This document shows, one piece after another, positions 51,057 to 61,715 of a stretch of DNA of 64,000 bases (its first letter is position 1; every line of letters begins with the position of its first letter). Source of the stretch: an uncultured Candidatus Rokubacteria bacterium (lineage in GTDB: Bacteria; Methylomirabilota; Methylomirabilia; Rokubacteriales; CSP1-6); assembly GCA_963762145.1 (NCBI GenBank), contig CAVXJS010000010.1, forward strand, positions 160,001-224,000, in the 5' to 3' direction. The notes beneath the pieces were generated by a model. It worked only from the letters and a program-made list of their open reading frames with translations, did not search any database and was not told the DNA's origin. The translations under genes were made by a program, and so were the position numbers.

Positions 51057-52007
51057 ATGCGAATCGGCGTGCTCATTCCCACGCGCGGCGCGGTGATGGA
51101 GTCGGCGCGGCGGCCTCCCGTCGAGACCTGCTGGACCATGGCCCGCCGGGCCGACCAGGCCGGTTACGACGCGGTCTGGGTAGGCGACAGCATCGTGGCC
51201 AAGCCGCGGCTCGACGCCGTGACGACCCTGGCCTACCTGGCCGGGATCACCACGCGGGTGCGCCTGGGCACCGCGGTCCTGCTCCCGGCGCTCCGTCACC
51301 CGGTGGTGCTGGCCCAGCAGCTCGCCAACATCGACCAGATCTCCCAGGGTCGCCTGGTGCTGGGGCTGGGCGTGGGCTGGAGCCTGCCCAGCGCCGAGCG
51401 CGAGTGGGCGGCGTGCGGGGCCAATCACAAGGCGCGCGTGCGCCGGCTCGAGGAGCACATCGCGATCTGGCGCAAGCTCTGGACCGGGGACCCGGTGACC
51501 CATCAGGGGGAGGACCTCGACCTGGTGGACCACACCATCGGGCCGCTGCCCTGGCGCAGCGAGGGGCCGCCGGTGCTCATCACCGCGGGCAACCGCGGGG
51601 AGCTGCTGCCCGCGCAGTTCGAGCGCTTCGGGCGGCTGGGCGACGGCATCATCACGACCTACGTGCACTTCGAGGAGATCCCGGTGATCCGCGAGCGCGC
51701 GCTCGAGGCGCTGGCCCGGCACGGCCGGCCGCGCGCGGAGCTTCCCCTCTGCGTGTACACCACCGTGCGGCTCGACGACGACGTGGCGACCGCCCAGCGC
51801 GTCACGAGCGAGTTTCTCGCGACCTACTATGGCGGCGGCGTGCACGAGCGGGGCGCGATGGGCCTGGGGCCGGCGTCGGTGGTGATCGAGACGGTCAGGC
51901 GCTACGCGGCGGCCGGGGCCACCGATCTGTGCATCCGGTTCGTCGGGAACGATCAGGCGGCGCAGCTCGATCGGTTCACGGCGGAGGTGTTGCCCGCGGT
52001 GCGGTAG
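51057..52007 (+). CDS. LLM-class flavin-dependent oxidoreductase
   Basis: GYDAVWVGD, RVRLGTAVL..LRHPV.LA, GRLVLGLGVGW. Confidence 0.9.
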   Translation: MRIGVLIPTRGAVMESARRPPVETCWTMARRADQAGYDAVWVGDSIVAKPRLDAVTTLAYLAGITTRVRLGTAVLLPALRHPVVLAQQLANIDQISQGRLVLGLGVGWSLPSAEREWAACGANHKARVRRLEEHIAIWRKLWTGDPVTHQGEDLDLVDHTIGPLPWRSEGPPVLITAGNRGELLPAQFERFGRLGDGIITTYVHFEEIPVIRERALEALARHGRPRAELPLCVYTTVRLDDDVATAQRVTSEFLATYYGGGVHERGAMGLGPASVVIETVRRYAAAGATDLCIRFVGNDQAAQLDRFTAEVLPAVR

Positions 52008-52027
52008 CCCTTCACCCCTCGAGGCCA

Positions 52028-52062
52028 CCCCTCACCCTGCCCTCTCCCCTGAGGGGAGAGGG
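52028..52062 (+). repeat. 35-bp palindromic element
   Basis: Consensus match. Confidence 0.95.
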
Positions 52063-52075
52063 TCATGGAGGAGAT

Positions 52076-52519
52076 ATGAGCGAGTTTCCGAAGCTGACTT
52101 ACGAGGCGCTGACGGTCGGGGAGGAGTTCGTGTCGGATACGCACCTGGTGACGCCGGAGGACATCGAGGCGTACGCCTTCGCGGTGGACGATCATCATCC
52201 GTGGTTCGAGGGGCCGTCGCCGTTCGGGGGGTCGGTCGCGCATCCGACCCTGATGGCGAATCAGGCCCTGCACCTGCGGCACAGCAAGTACATCGTGCAC
52301 GCGGGGCTCCACGCCAAGATGGAGTTCAACTTCCTCGAGCCGGTGCGGCCGGGCATGCGCGTGCAGACGCGCGGGCAGGTCATCGACAAGTACGAGCGCC
52401 GCGGACGGCAGTACATGGTCACCGAGTACGTCACGCGAGACGAGCAGGGGACGCCGCTCGTCCGCGGGCAGTTCACCCAGATGCTGATCCCGGAGGGCAC
52501 GCGCCATGTCGGTCGCTGA
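52076..52519 (+). CDS. MaoC/hot-dog dehydratase subunit
   Basis: YAFAVDD.HPW, AHPT, FNFLEPVRPG. Confidence 0.82.
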   Translation: MSEFPKLTYEALTVGEEFVSDTHLVTPEDIEAYAFAVDDHHPWFEGPSPFGGSVAHPTLMANQALHLRHSKYIVHAGLHAKMEFNFLEPVRPGMRVQTRGQVIDKYERRGRQYMVTEYVTRDEQGTPLVRGQFTQMLIPEGTRHVGR

Positions 52520-52922
52520 GGCGGTCGCGGTCGGGGCGGAGCTTCCCGCGCTCACGAAGGAGATGACGCAGCGGCGGATCGACGTCTACTCGGGCGTGAA
52601 GCCGCGCTCGATCCACACCGACGAGGCGTGGGCGCACCAGAAGGGGTTCCGCACCACGCTGGCGCAGGGGATGATGTCGACCGCCTACGTCTCGGAGATG
52701 ATGACGCGGCTCCTCGGCGCGGGCTTCGTCAAGGGTGGCACGCTGTCCATGGCGTTCATCAAGCCGGTCTACGCGGGGGACCGGCTCACCGTGCACGGGG
52801 TCGTGAAGGAGACGCGGCCCGAGGGCCGCGGCACCCGCGTGGTCGTCGAGGTGTGGTGCCAGAACCAGCACGGCGAGAAGACCGCGGTGGGGACGGCGAG
52901 CGGGCTCCGGACGGAGGCCTGA
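52506..52922 (+). CDS. MaoC-family dehydratase
   Basis: IHTDEAWA..GF....AQGM, FIKPVYAGD. Confidence 0.85.
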   Translation: MSVAEAVAVGAELPALTKEMTQRRIDVYSGVKPRSIHTDEAWAHQKGFRTTLAQGMMSTAYVSEMMTRLLGAGFVKGGTLSMAFIKPVYAGDRLTVHGVVKETRPEGRGTRVVVEVWCQNQHGEKTAVGTASGLRTEA

Positions 52923-52938
52923 TGAGGGAGCTTCACCC

Positions 52939-53028
52939 GAGAGCCTGCTGACCCGGGCCGGCTTCAAGCAGATCCCCGCCGACACGCCGAAGCGGGTGGA
53001 GCACCTGCAGACGGTGGCCCCGCACCGG
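52939..53028 (+). pseudogene. Possible gene remnant (ESLLTRAGFKQIPADTPKRVEHLQTVAPHR)
   Basis: Host-like codon usage with no start or stop of its own; recalled resemblance to a conserved hypothetical lipoprotein motif is unverified. Confidence 0.35.
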
Positions 53029-53029
53029 G

Positions 53030-54355
53030 CTAGCTGGCGGGCGTGACGAGGTCGGCCTTCGTGGCCGGCACCGAGTAGGTCGCGTCCGGGTGCTTCGGCA
53101 GCGCGTCGTCCCAGGCGCGGTAGCGCGCGCGCATGGCCGCGAGGCGCCCCGGGTCGCGGCGCGCGTGATTGGCGCGCTCGCGCTCATCGCCGGCCAGGTT
53201 GAACAGGAACTCGTCGCCCTCGACCGACAGGTACTTCCAGTCGCCGTCGCGCAGCGCCTGCTGGTTGCGGTAGAGCATCTTCCAGTAGAGCTCGCGCGCG
53301 AAGGTCTTCGAGGGATTCCGGAGCACCGGGAGCAGGCTCACGCCGTCGAGGGGATAGTCCGGGTGCGGCGCGACCCCGGCGGCCTCCAGGAACGTCGCCA
53401 CCCAGTCCATGGTGATCGCGGGCTGCGCGGTGACGCGGCCCGGGCGCACCTTCGTGGGCCAGCGCACGATGTAGGGAACGCGGATGCCGCCCTCGAGCAG
53501 GTCCATCTTCTTGCCGACCAGCGGCCAGGTGTCGGAGAAGCGCTCGCCGCCGTTGTCGCTGGTGAACACGACCAGCGTGTCGCGCTCCGCGCGCGCCTTC
53601 GCGAGGGCCCTGAGGATGCGCCCGATGCCCTCGTCCATCTGGCGGATCATGGTGAGGTAGGTCGCGAGCGAGCCGCCGTCGAAGTGGTAGAGCTTCTCGA
53701 TCCGCCGGGCCTCGGCCTCGTCCTCGCGCGTGAGCCACGGCCAGTGCGGGGCGTTGTAGTGCACCGACAGGAAGAACGGGGCGTCGCGCTGGCGCCCGAC
53801 GAACTCGACGGCCCGGTCGGAGATCAGATCGGTGAGGTAGCCCGTCCGGTGCGACTCGGTCTCGCCGTCGTACAGGTCGTGGTGGCCCGCGGAATCGCGG
53901 TGCGTGAAGTAGTCCATGCCGCCCGAGAGCGATCCGAAGAACTCCTGGTAGCCGCTGCGGAGCGGCCCGAAGTGCGGCGGGTAGCCGAGGTGCCACTTGC
54001 CGACGAGCGCGGTGGCGTAGCCGGCGTCGCGCAGCAGCGACGGGAGCGTCGGGTGCGCCGGGGGCAGGCCGAGGGTCGCGTCGCCGCGGGTGTTGCTGCG
54101 GATGGGCTCGTCGGCGCCGCCCCGCAGGCGATGCTGCCAGCGGCCGGTCATCAGCGCGAAGCGGGTGGGCGAGCAGACGCACGAGTTGGCGTAGCCGTGC
54201 GTGAACCGCAGCCCCTCGCGGGCCAGGCGGTCGAGCGAGGGCGAGCAGGAGGCGAAGGACGCGCCGCCCGCGGCGGGCCGACCCCCGTAGCACCCCAGGT
54301 CGGCGTAGCCGAGATCGTCCGCCATGATGAACAGGAAGTTCGGGCGCCGAGCCAT
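53030..54355 (-). CDS. Arylsulfatase-family sulfatase (Cys-type, FGly-dependent)
   Basis: PNFLFIMADDLG, CSPTR, GKWHLG, SDNGG. Confidence 0.93.
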   Translation of the reverse strand: MARRPNFLFIMADDLGYADLGCYGGRPAAGGASFASCSPSLDRLAREGLRFTHGYANSCVCSPTRFALMTGRWQHRLRGGADEPIRSNTRGDATLGLPPAHPTLPSLLRDAGYATALVGKWHLGYPPHFGPLRSGYQEFFGSLSGGMDYFTHRDSAGHHDLYDGETESHRTGYLTDLISDRAVEFVGRQRDAPFFLSVHYNAPHWPWLTREDEAEARRIEKLYHFDGGSLATYLTMIRQMDEGIGRILRALAKARAERDTLVVFTSDNGGERFSDTWPLVGKKMDLLEGGIRVPYIVRWPTKVRPGRVTAQPAITMDWVATFLEAAGVAPHPDYPLDGVSLLPVLRNPSKTFARELYWKMLYRNQQALRDGDWKYLSVEGDEFLFNLAGDERERANHARRDPGRLAAMRARYRAWDDALPKHPDATYSVPATKADLVTPAS

Positions 54356-54391
54356 GCCCGGCGAGCCTAACCCACTTCTCGGTGGCGTGCA

Positions 54392-54426
54392 CCCTCTCCC
54401 CTCTGGGGAGAGGGCAGGGTGAGGGG
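54392..54426 (-). repeat. 35-bp palindromic element (minus orientation)
   Basis: Consensus match. Confidence 0.95.
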
Positions 54427-54430
54427 TCTT

Positions 54431-55450
54431 CTAGATCGCGAGCACGTTGCGTCCGAGCGGCCGCCCCTCGCGGAGCGCGGTGAAGGCCTCCTCGATCTCC
54501 GCCAGCGGGATCACCCGGTCCACGATCGGCTTGATCCGTCCCTGGGCCACCAGCTCCATCGTCTCCGCGAGCTCCTGCTTGGTGTTGGCGCGCGAGCCCA
54601 CGATCTCGAGCTCGCTCCGCACCAGCTCGCGCGGCAGGACCGAGAGCGGCACCTCCGGCGTGTAGCCGACGAAGACCAGCCGGCCCGCGCGCCGGAGGCT
54701 CTGTACGCTCGACGGCAGCGTCTGCGCGCTCGCCACGAACTCCAGCACCACGTCCACGCCCAGGCCGCCGGTCAGCTTGCGCACGGCCTCGTGGAAGGGC
54801 CCGCGGCGGGCGTCCACCACCGCGTCGGCGCCCAGGCTCCGGGCCAGCTCGAGCCGCGCGTCGTTGACGTCCACCGCGATCACCCAGCCGCCGGCCAGCC
54901 GCGCCATCTGGAGCGCGTGGAGCCCGACGCCGCCCACGCCGATCAGCGCGAGCGTGGTGCCGGGGCGCACCTGCGCGCGCTTGGTGATCGCGTGATAGGA
55001 CGTCGCCACCGCGTCGCCCAGGATGCACGCGGCCTCGAGCGACACGTGGTCCGGCACCTTGCAGAGGTTGACGCCCGGGGTCTTCACGTACTCCGCGAAG
55101 CCGCCGTCGATGCTGAAGCCGTGCTGGCGCACCTCCGCGCAGAGCGTGTCGCGTCCCACGCGGCAGGCGGGGCAGCGGCCGCAGGTGATGTAGAAGTTCA
55201 CGATGACGCGGTCGCCCGGGGCGACGCCGCGGACGTCGCGGCCGACCTCGGCCACCTCGCCCGCGATCTCGTGGCCCATGATGAGCGGGATCACGCCCAG
55301 GCCCATGCGGTCGGCGCGGATCTTCACGTCGGTGCCGCAGACGCCCACGTTGCGCACGCGCACCAGCGCCTCGTGCGGCGCGATGGCCGGCGTCGGCACG
55401 TCCTTGGCGACGAACGGCCCGTTGAACTTCTCGAGGACGAGAGCGCGCAT
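54431..55450 (-). CDS. Zn-dependent alcohol dehydrogenase (MDR family)
   Basis: GVCGTD, GHEIAG, C..C..C.......C, GVGGVG. Confidence 0.92.
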   Translation of the reverse strand: MRALVLEKFNGPFVAKDVPTPAIAPHEALVRVRNVGVCGTDVKIRADRMGLGVIPLIMGHEIAGEVAEVGRDVRGVAPGDRVIVNFYITCGRCPACRVGRDTLCAEVRQHGFSIDGGFAEYVKTPGVNLCKVPDHVSLEAACILGDAVATSYHAITKRAQVRPGTTLALIGVGGVGLHALQMARLAGGWVIAVDVNDARLELARSLGADAVVDARRGPFHEAVRKLTGGLGVDVVLEFVASAQTLPSSVQSLRRAGRLVFVGYTPEVPLSVLPRELVRSELEIVGSRANTKQELAETMELVAQGRIKPIVDRVIPLAEIEEAFTALREGRPLGRNVLAI

Positions 55451-55460
55451 GGATCCGCCG

Positions 55461-56749
55461 CTACACCTGCTGGAGCACCCGGGGCCGCGGCGCGGCCGGG
55501 GTCAGGAGCGTGCGCCAGTCGGTCGCGCGGGGCACCACCGCTTCCGCCGGGTGCAGCGGGTAGTAGGTCGGCGCGACGCCCGGCGGGATGCCGCCGGCCT
55601 CGACGGTCCGGGTGGCCTGCAGGAGCAGCCGGCGCGCCTGGATCACCGCCCGGTCGGCGGGCCCCAGGTGCTCGCGGGTGCGATCGACGATCGGCCCCAT
55701 GCTCTCCTGCACCGCGCGGTCCTGGGCGTTGATGCCGTCGATCCCGGTGAAGGTCTCGGTCTTCTGCACGCGGCGATCGAGCAGGTAGCCGTTCTCCCGG
55801 TTGCGCTTCGCGCGGAAGGTGGTCTGGTCGACGTCGAGCGGGCCGTTGCCGAGCCGGCGCTCGAGGCGATCCTCGTCGGTCAGGGGCTCGGTCGTGCTGT
55901 GCTCCCAGTTGTAGACCATGGTGGTCTCGTCATCCATCGGGACCCAGATGTGGCCGGCCGCGCCGGAGAAGCCGCGGGCGGAGCCGCCGGTGCGGGCGGG
56001 CCGGATCTGGTGGAAGGGCAGGATGAAGTGATACGCGCGCACGTGGAGATCGCCGCTCTCGAGCGGCCGCAGCCCCGGCGTAGCGGTAGCCGTAGTCGGT
56101 GACGTCCAGCTCGAGCACCGGCGCCTTGCCGCGCACGAAGGGATCCGTCGGCTTGAAGCCCGGCCGCGAGGAGTCGGGGTCGAGGACCCGGTGCAGGATC
56201 GGCGCGTGGGAGGTGTCGATCCCGCCCTCGAGGCCCTGCAGCCAGTTGCTCTCCTGGATGACCTTCGAGACGTGGCGATGGCTGGCCGGCGCCTGGGTCC
56301 AGGCGAAGTGCGGCGGCGGCGGGCTGCCGCTCCGCGGGGCCCAGGTAGGCCCAGATGAGGCCGCCCGCTTCCACGGTGGGGTAGGCGGTGGTCCGGATCT
56401 TGTGCGCGAAGCTCAGCGCCTCGGGCTCGTTCATCATGTCCACGCACTCGCCGGTCACGTCGAACTTCCAGCCGTGGTAGACGCAGCGCAGGCCGCACTC
56501 CTCGTTCCTGCCGAGGAAGAGGGACGCCTGCCGGTGCGGGCAGCGCTCGGCGAGCAGGCCGACGCGGCCCTGCGTGTCGCGGAAGGCCACCAGCTCCTCG
56601 CCCAGCAGCCTGACGCGGACCGGCGGGCCATCGGGCTCGGGCAGCTCCCACGCCAGGAGCGCGGGGATCCAGTAGCGGCGCATCGTGGTACCCATGGGGG
56701 TGCCGGGGCCGACGCGGGTGACGCGTTCGTTCTCGTCGTGTGCCAGCAT
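55461..56749 (-). CDS. Rieske oxygenase alpha subunit (phthalate 4,5-dioxygenase/LigX-like); frameshifts near 56070 and 56320
   Basis: CPHR...CVYHGWKFD Rieske motif; NWLQ.LEGGIDTSH in the middle frame; QDRAVQESMG near the C-terminus. Confidence 0.85.
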
Positions 56750-56831
56750 TGCGGGCCTCCTTGCTGGAGCGGGCGCGAGATGGGCCGAGGATGGACCCGA
56801 TGGAGTGCGTGGTCAAGCGCGGGGCACGGAC

Positions 56832-56974
56832 CCCCTCACCACCCGTAGCCCCTCACCCTGTAGCCCCTCACCCTGTAGCCCCTCACCCTGCCCTCTCCCC
56901 AGGGGGAGAGGGAGAGGCGCGCGCGGTCTCACCCTCTCACCCTCTCCCCTCTGGGGAGAGGGCAGGGTGAGGGG
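56832..56974. repeat. Element cluster: tandem 15-bp tails (GTAGCCCCTCACCCT) leading into plus copy 56879-56912, then minus copy 56940-56974
   Basis: Directly visible in the sequence. Confidence 0.93.
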
Positions 56975-56995
56975 CGGAGGGAGTAGGGTTGGGGT

Positions 56996-59900
56996 ATGGA
57001 GCTGGCGAAGCGGGCGGTGGAGGTGGCGGAGGCGCTCCTGCGCGAGGCGCGGGCGGGGCAGACCGCGGAGGAGCGCGCGCGGGCGGAGCGGCTCGCGCGG
57101 CTCATGGAAGACCCGCGGGGCAAGGAGCTCACGATCGCGCTCACCGATCAGTGCTTTCGCAGCCGGCGGCCCGAGCGGATCGCGGATCAGCTCCACTACC
57201 TGCTCGAGCGCTACGGCGCGCCGCGCTTCATGGAATGGTGGGAGCGGATCGGCCTCACGCTCGGCGCGGTCCTGGGGCACTACCTGCCGAGCCTGGTGGT
57301 GCCGCCGATCGTGGCCCGCCTGCGCCAGGAGACCGAGTCGCTGATCCTGCCCGGCGAGGACGCGGATCTCCGCCGCTACCTGGCCGAGCGGCGCGCGGCC
57401 GGCATCCGGCTCAATCTGAACCAGCTCGGGGAGGCGATCCTGGGCGAGGAGGAGGCCGCGCGCCGCCTCGAGGCCTACCTGGCCCTCCTGGCCCGCGAGG
57501 ACGTCGAGTACATCTCGGTCAAGGTCTCCTCGGTGTCGAGCCAGCTCGAGCTGAGCGCGTTCCGCCACACCGTGGAGGTCGTGAAGGAGCGCCTCCGCGC
57601 CCTCTACCGCCAGGCGCTGCGCCACCACTACCGGCATCCGGACGGGCGCGTCACGCCCAAGTTCGTCAACCTGGACATGGAGGAGTACCGCGACCTCGAC
57701 CTCACCGTCGCCGCCTTCCAGGAGGTGCTGGACGAGGACGAGTTCATGGCGCTGCCCGCCGGCATCGTGCTGCAGGCGTATCTGCCCGAGTCGCATCGCG
57801 TGCAGCGCGGGCTCGTGGCCTGGGCCCTCGCGCGGCTCGAGCGCCACGGCGCGTGGATCAAGCTTCGAATCGTCAAGGGCGCCAACCTGGCGATGGAGCG
57901 CATCGAGGCCGATCTGCACGGCTGGCCCCAGGCCCCGTTCGCCCGCAAGGTCGAGGTGGACGCCAACTTCAAGCGCATGATCGAGTACGGCTGCCGCCCG
58001 GAGCACGCCCGCGCCGTGCGCCTGGGCGTCGCCAGCCACAACCTCTTCGACGTCGCCCACGGCCTGCTGCTGCGCGAGGAGCGGGGCGTGGAGGCCTGGG
58101 TCGAGTTCGAGATGCTCGAGGGCATGGCCAACCACCAGGCGCGGGTGGTGCAGGCGCGCGCGGGCGGGCTGCTGCTCTACGCGCCGGTGGTGCGCGCCGA
58201 GGACTTCCACAGCGCCATCGCCTACCTCGTCCGCCGGCTCGACGAGAACACCGCGCCGGACAACTTCCTGCGCCACGTGTTCGGCCTCGAGCCCGGCTCG
58301 CCCGACTGGGACCTGGAGCGCGACCGCTTCCTCGGGGCTTTCGACCTGATCGATGCGCTCCCGGACCGCCCCCGCCGCGCCCAGGACCGCGCCGCCGAGG
58401 CCGCCGCCGCGCGTCCGGCCGCCGACCTCCAAGATGTTCAAGGAGGGGCCGCCCCGTTCGTGAACGAGCCCGACACGGACTGGGCGCTGGGCGCCAACCG
58501 GGAGTGGATCGACGGGGTCCGCGCCGCGTGGCGCGAGCGGGCGGTGGAGACGGTGCCGCTGCAGATCGCGGGCGAGCTGACCGCGGGGCGCGGTGACGGT
58601 CGAGGGGCGCGACCGCTCGCACCCGGCGCGCGTCGGCCTATCGCCACGCGCTCGCGGACCGCGGCCAGGTGGGCCGCGCCCTGGACGCCGCGCGCGCCGC
58701 GCAGCCGGGCTGGGCGGCGCGGCCGGCGGGGAACGGCGGCACCTGCTCGACGCCGCGGCCGGGGAGCTGGCCCGGCGCCGCGGCGACCTGATCGGGGCCA
58801 TGATCGTGGACGGCGCCAAGACGGTGACCGAGGCCGACCCGGAGGTCTCCGAGGCGGTGGACTTCGCGCGCTACTACGCGCGCGCGCTCGGCGCCGGCGA
58901 TGTCGTGGACGGCTGCCGGCTCGATCCGCTCGGCGTGGTCGTGGTGGCGCCGCCCTGGAATTTTCCGCTGTCGATCCCGGCGGGCGGCGTGCTGGCCGCG
59001 CTGGCCGCGGGCAACGCGGTGCTCCTCAAGCCCGCGCTCGAGGCCGTGCTGGTCGGCTGGCACCTGGTCCAGTCACTCTGGTCGGCGGGGATCCCGCGAG
59101 ACATCCTCCAGTTCGTCCCGTGCCCGGACGACGAGGTGGGCCGCGGGCTGATCTCCGATCCGCGCGTGGACGCGGTGATCCTGACCGGCTCGGTGGAGAC
59201 GGCGCGGCGGTTCCTCGAGTGGCGCCCGGATTTGCAGACTCTTCGCCGAGACAAGCGGGAAGAATGCGATCGTTGTGACCTCGCTGGCCGACCGCGACCA
59301 GGCGGTGCGCGACCTCGTGCGCTCGGCCTTCGGCCACAACGGGCAGAAGTGCTCGGCGGCGAGCCTGGCGATCTGCGAGGCCGAGGTGTACGACGACCCG
59401 GTGTTCCGCCGCCAGCTCCGCGACGCGGCGGCGAGCCTCGCGGTGGGCAGCGCCTGGGAGCCCGCGAGCCGCGTGACGCCGCTGACGCAGCCGCCCGGTG
59501 CCGCGCTGCGGCGCGCGCTGACCGCGCTCGACCCGGGCGAGGAGTGGCTGCTCGAGCCGCGGCCGATCGGCCGCGAGGCGCCGCTCTGGTCGCCCGGCAT
59601 CAAGCTGGGCGTCGCGCCGGGCTCCTTCTTCCACCGAACGGAATGCTTCGGGCCGGTCCTGGGCCTCATGCGGGCGGCGCACCTGGACGAGGCGATCGAC
59701 CTGGCCAACGATCAGCCGTTCGGGCTCACCAGCGGGATCCAGTCGCTCGACGATCGCGAGATCGCCCGCTGGCTCGACCGGATCGAGGCCGGCAACCTCT
59801 ACGTCAACCGATCCATCACCGGGGCCATCGTGGGCCGCCAGCCTTTCGGCGGCTGGAAGGCCTCCTCGGTCGGAGGCGGCGCCAAGGCCGGCGGTCCCAA

Positions 59901-60438
59901 CTACGTGCTCCAGCTCTGCCGGGTGCGCGAGGCCGCCGGGCCCGCGGACGCCGCGGCCAGCTACGAGCGGGCCTGGCGCGAGCACTTCTCGCCGGCGCAC
60001 GTGCCGATCCCGCTGCTGGGCGAGCGCAACGTGTTCCGCTACCGTCCGTGCGCGCGCGTCCTCGTCCGGGCCGAGACCGCGACCGACGCCGGACGGGAGG
60101 CGCTCGATCGGGTGCTCCTCGCCGCCCGCCTGTGCGGCGTGCCCGCGGCGGTGAGCCTGGCGGGCGGCGAGTCGCCCCGGGACATCGAGGCCGTGGGCGA
60201 GGACGAGGACGCGCTGGCCGCGCGGCTGGCGGGCATCGGCTGCGAGCGGTTGCGCGCGCTCGTCCCGGTGTCGGCGCCGCTGCGACGGGCGGCGCACGCG
60301 GCGGGAATCGGGGTGGTGGACGCGCCGGTCTCCGCCGCGGGCCGATTCGAGCTGCGCCACTACCTGCGCGAGCAGGCCGTCTCGCGCGTCGTGCATCGGT
60401 ACGGATCCGTGATGCAGGCCGAAGGAGGAGCCCCATGA
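56996..60438 (+). CDS. putA: Bifunctional proline dehydrogenase / P5C dehydrogenase; several frameshifts (about 58590-58735 and 59240)
   Basis: NLDMEEY, VLQAYL, RIVKGAN, SHNLFD, RRLDEN; PWNFP, SAFGHNGQKCSA, ECFGPVL, QPFGGWK. Confidence 0.88.
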
Positions 60439-60821
60439 CCATTCGACTGGACCACACCATCGTGCCCGCGAAGGACAAGCGGGCCGCCGCCCTGCTCTTC
60501 GCCGAGCTCTTCGGCCTGACCGCGGAGCCGCGGCCGGGCTACTTCGCGCAGGTGCGGATCAACGAGAGCCTCACGTTCGACTTCGCCGACGCCGCCGAGT
60601 TCGAGGATCCCACCGCGCACCACTACGCCTTCCACGTGAGCGACGAGGAGTTCGACGGGATCTGGAGCCGGGTTAAGGCGAAGGGGATCGGCTGGGGCAA
60701 TGCGCCGGACAACCCCGCCAACGGCCGGCTCTACCACCGGCGCGGCGGGCGGGGCTTCTACTTCCAGAGCCCCGACGGCCACCTGCTCGAGGTCATGACC
60801 GTCCCGGAGACGGGAAGCTAG
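60435..60821 (+). CDS. VOC/glyoxalase-family protein
   Basis: LDHTIV, HYAFHVS, GRGFYF..PDGHLLE. Confidence 0.9.
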   Translation: MTIRLDHTIVPAKDKRAAALLFAELFGLTAEPRPGYFAQVRINESLTFDFADAAEFEDPTAHHYAFHVSDEEFDGIWSRVKAKGIGWGNAPDNPANGRLYHRRGGRGFYFQSPDGHLLEVMTVPETGS

Positions 60822-60836
60822 GAGCCGTCACCGCGC

Positions 60837-61574
60837 TCACCATGGCTCGGGGGGAGGGAAAGAGGGAAGAGAAGGGGGAGAAAGGGGAGGAACCTTCACG
60901 AGCTCGGCGGCGGGCGTGTCGGGGCGCGCCGCGGCCGGACGCGGGAGCTCCTGGCCAACCCGCTCGCGCAGGCGCTCGAGCAGCTCGGGATAGGACGAGA
61001 CGCGCAGGACGCGGTTGAACTGGGCGCGGTAGTTGTTGACGAGGCTGATCCCGTCGATCGTGACGTCCCGCACCAGCCAGCGCCGGTCGAGGTAGACCAT
61101 CTCGTGATCGAGGAGGACCTGGCGGCCGCCGCGCCGGCCGATGGCGGTGTGCACCATCGTGTGATCGCGCGCGGGGGCCTCCCCGAGATAGCTGACGGTG
61201 ATGCCCCCCTTGCTGCCGTCCACCTCGGCGACCGAGGCCAGCCAGTACACGAACCCGCGCTGCACGAAGCTCGCGAAGATGGAGCGGAAGTCCGTCCGCT
61301 CGGTCGCGGTCCGAGCGCTCCACTGGACGGCCCCCAGCGCCTGCTCGGCGGCTCCCGAGAAGTCGAAGGCGCGACCGATGAGCTGACGGACCGCGGTGAG
61401 GCGGTCGGCCGGCCGCTCGGCTGTCGCCGGATCGGTGATGATCTGGTTGGCCTCTGCGAACGTCGCGCGCAGCGAGTCGGTCGCAGTGGGAGCGTCGGCC
61501 TCGGCTCCGCCATGGGCGATGAGGACCAGCCAGGCGAGCGCAACCAGGGACACGAGGGCTGATCGGGTATGCAT
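60837..61574 (-). CDS. MlaC/Ttg2D-family periplasmic lipid-binding protein
   Basis: Signal peptide, FDF...A..ALG..W, W.V.DV.IDGISLVNNYRAQF. Confidence 0.85.
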   Translation of the reverse strand: MHTRSALVSLVALAWLVLIAHGGAEADAPTATDSLRATFAEANQIITDPATAERPADRLTAVRQLIGRAFDFSGAAEQALGAVQWSARTATERTDFRSIFASFVQRGFVYWLASVAEVDGSKGGITVSYLGEAPARDHTMVHTAIGRRGGRQVLLDHEMVYLDRRWLVRDVTIDGISLVNNYRAQFNRVLRVSSYPELLERLRERVGQELPRPAAARPDTPAAELVKVPPLSPPSLPSFPPPEPW

Positions 61575-61592
61575 GGGGGACAGGTCAACGCA

Positions 61593-61607
61593 GCATCGTC
61601 CGTGCCA
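61593..61607 (-). promoter_or_regulatory. sigma-54 promoter (TGGCACG-GACG-ATGCT)
   Basis: GG-N10-GC consensus about 20 bp upstream of the ATG. Confidence 0.65.
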
Positions 61608-61715
61608 CGCGGGACGTGCGCTATACCGCCCACCGGAGCCCGATCGCCGACCCGGTCGGCGCGCGGCGCCGTCTAACGGAAGCTGTTACCGAGCAGAAAT
61701 TCCACCCCGTCGTGC

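Noticed and set aside
60848-60892. Polypurine tract as another copy of the palindromic element
   Set aside because: There is no hairpin arm pair or CCCTCACCC tail; it encodes the Pro/Ser-rich C-terminal tail of the MlaC-like protein.
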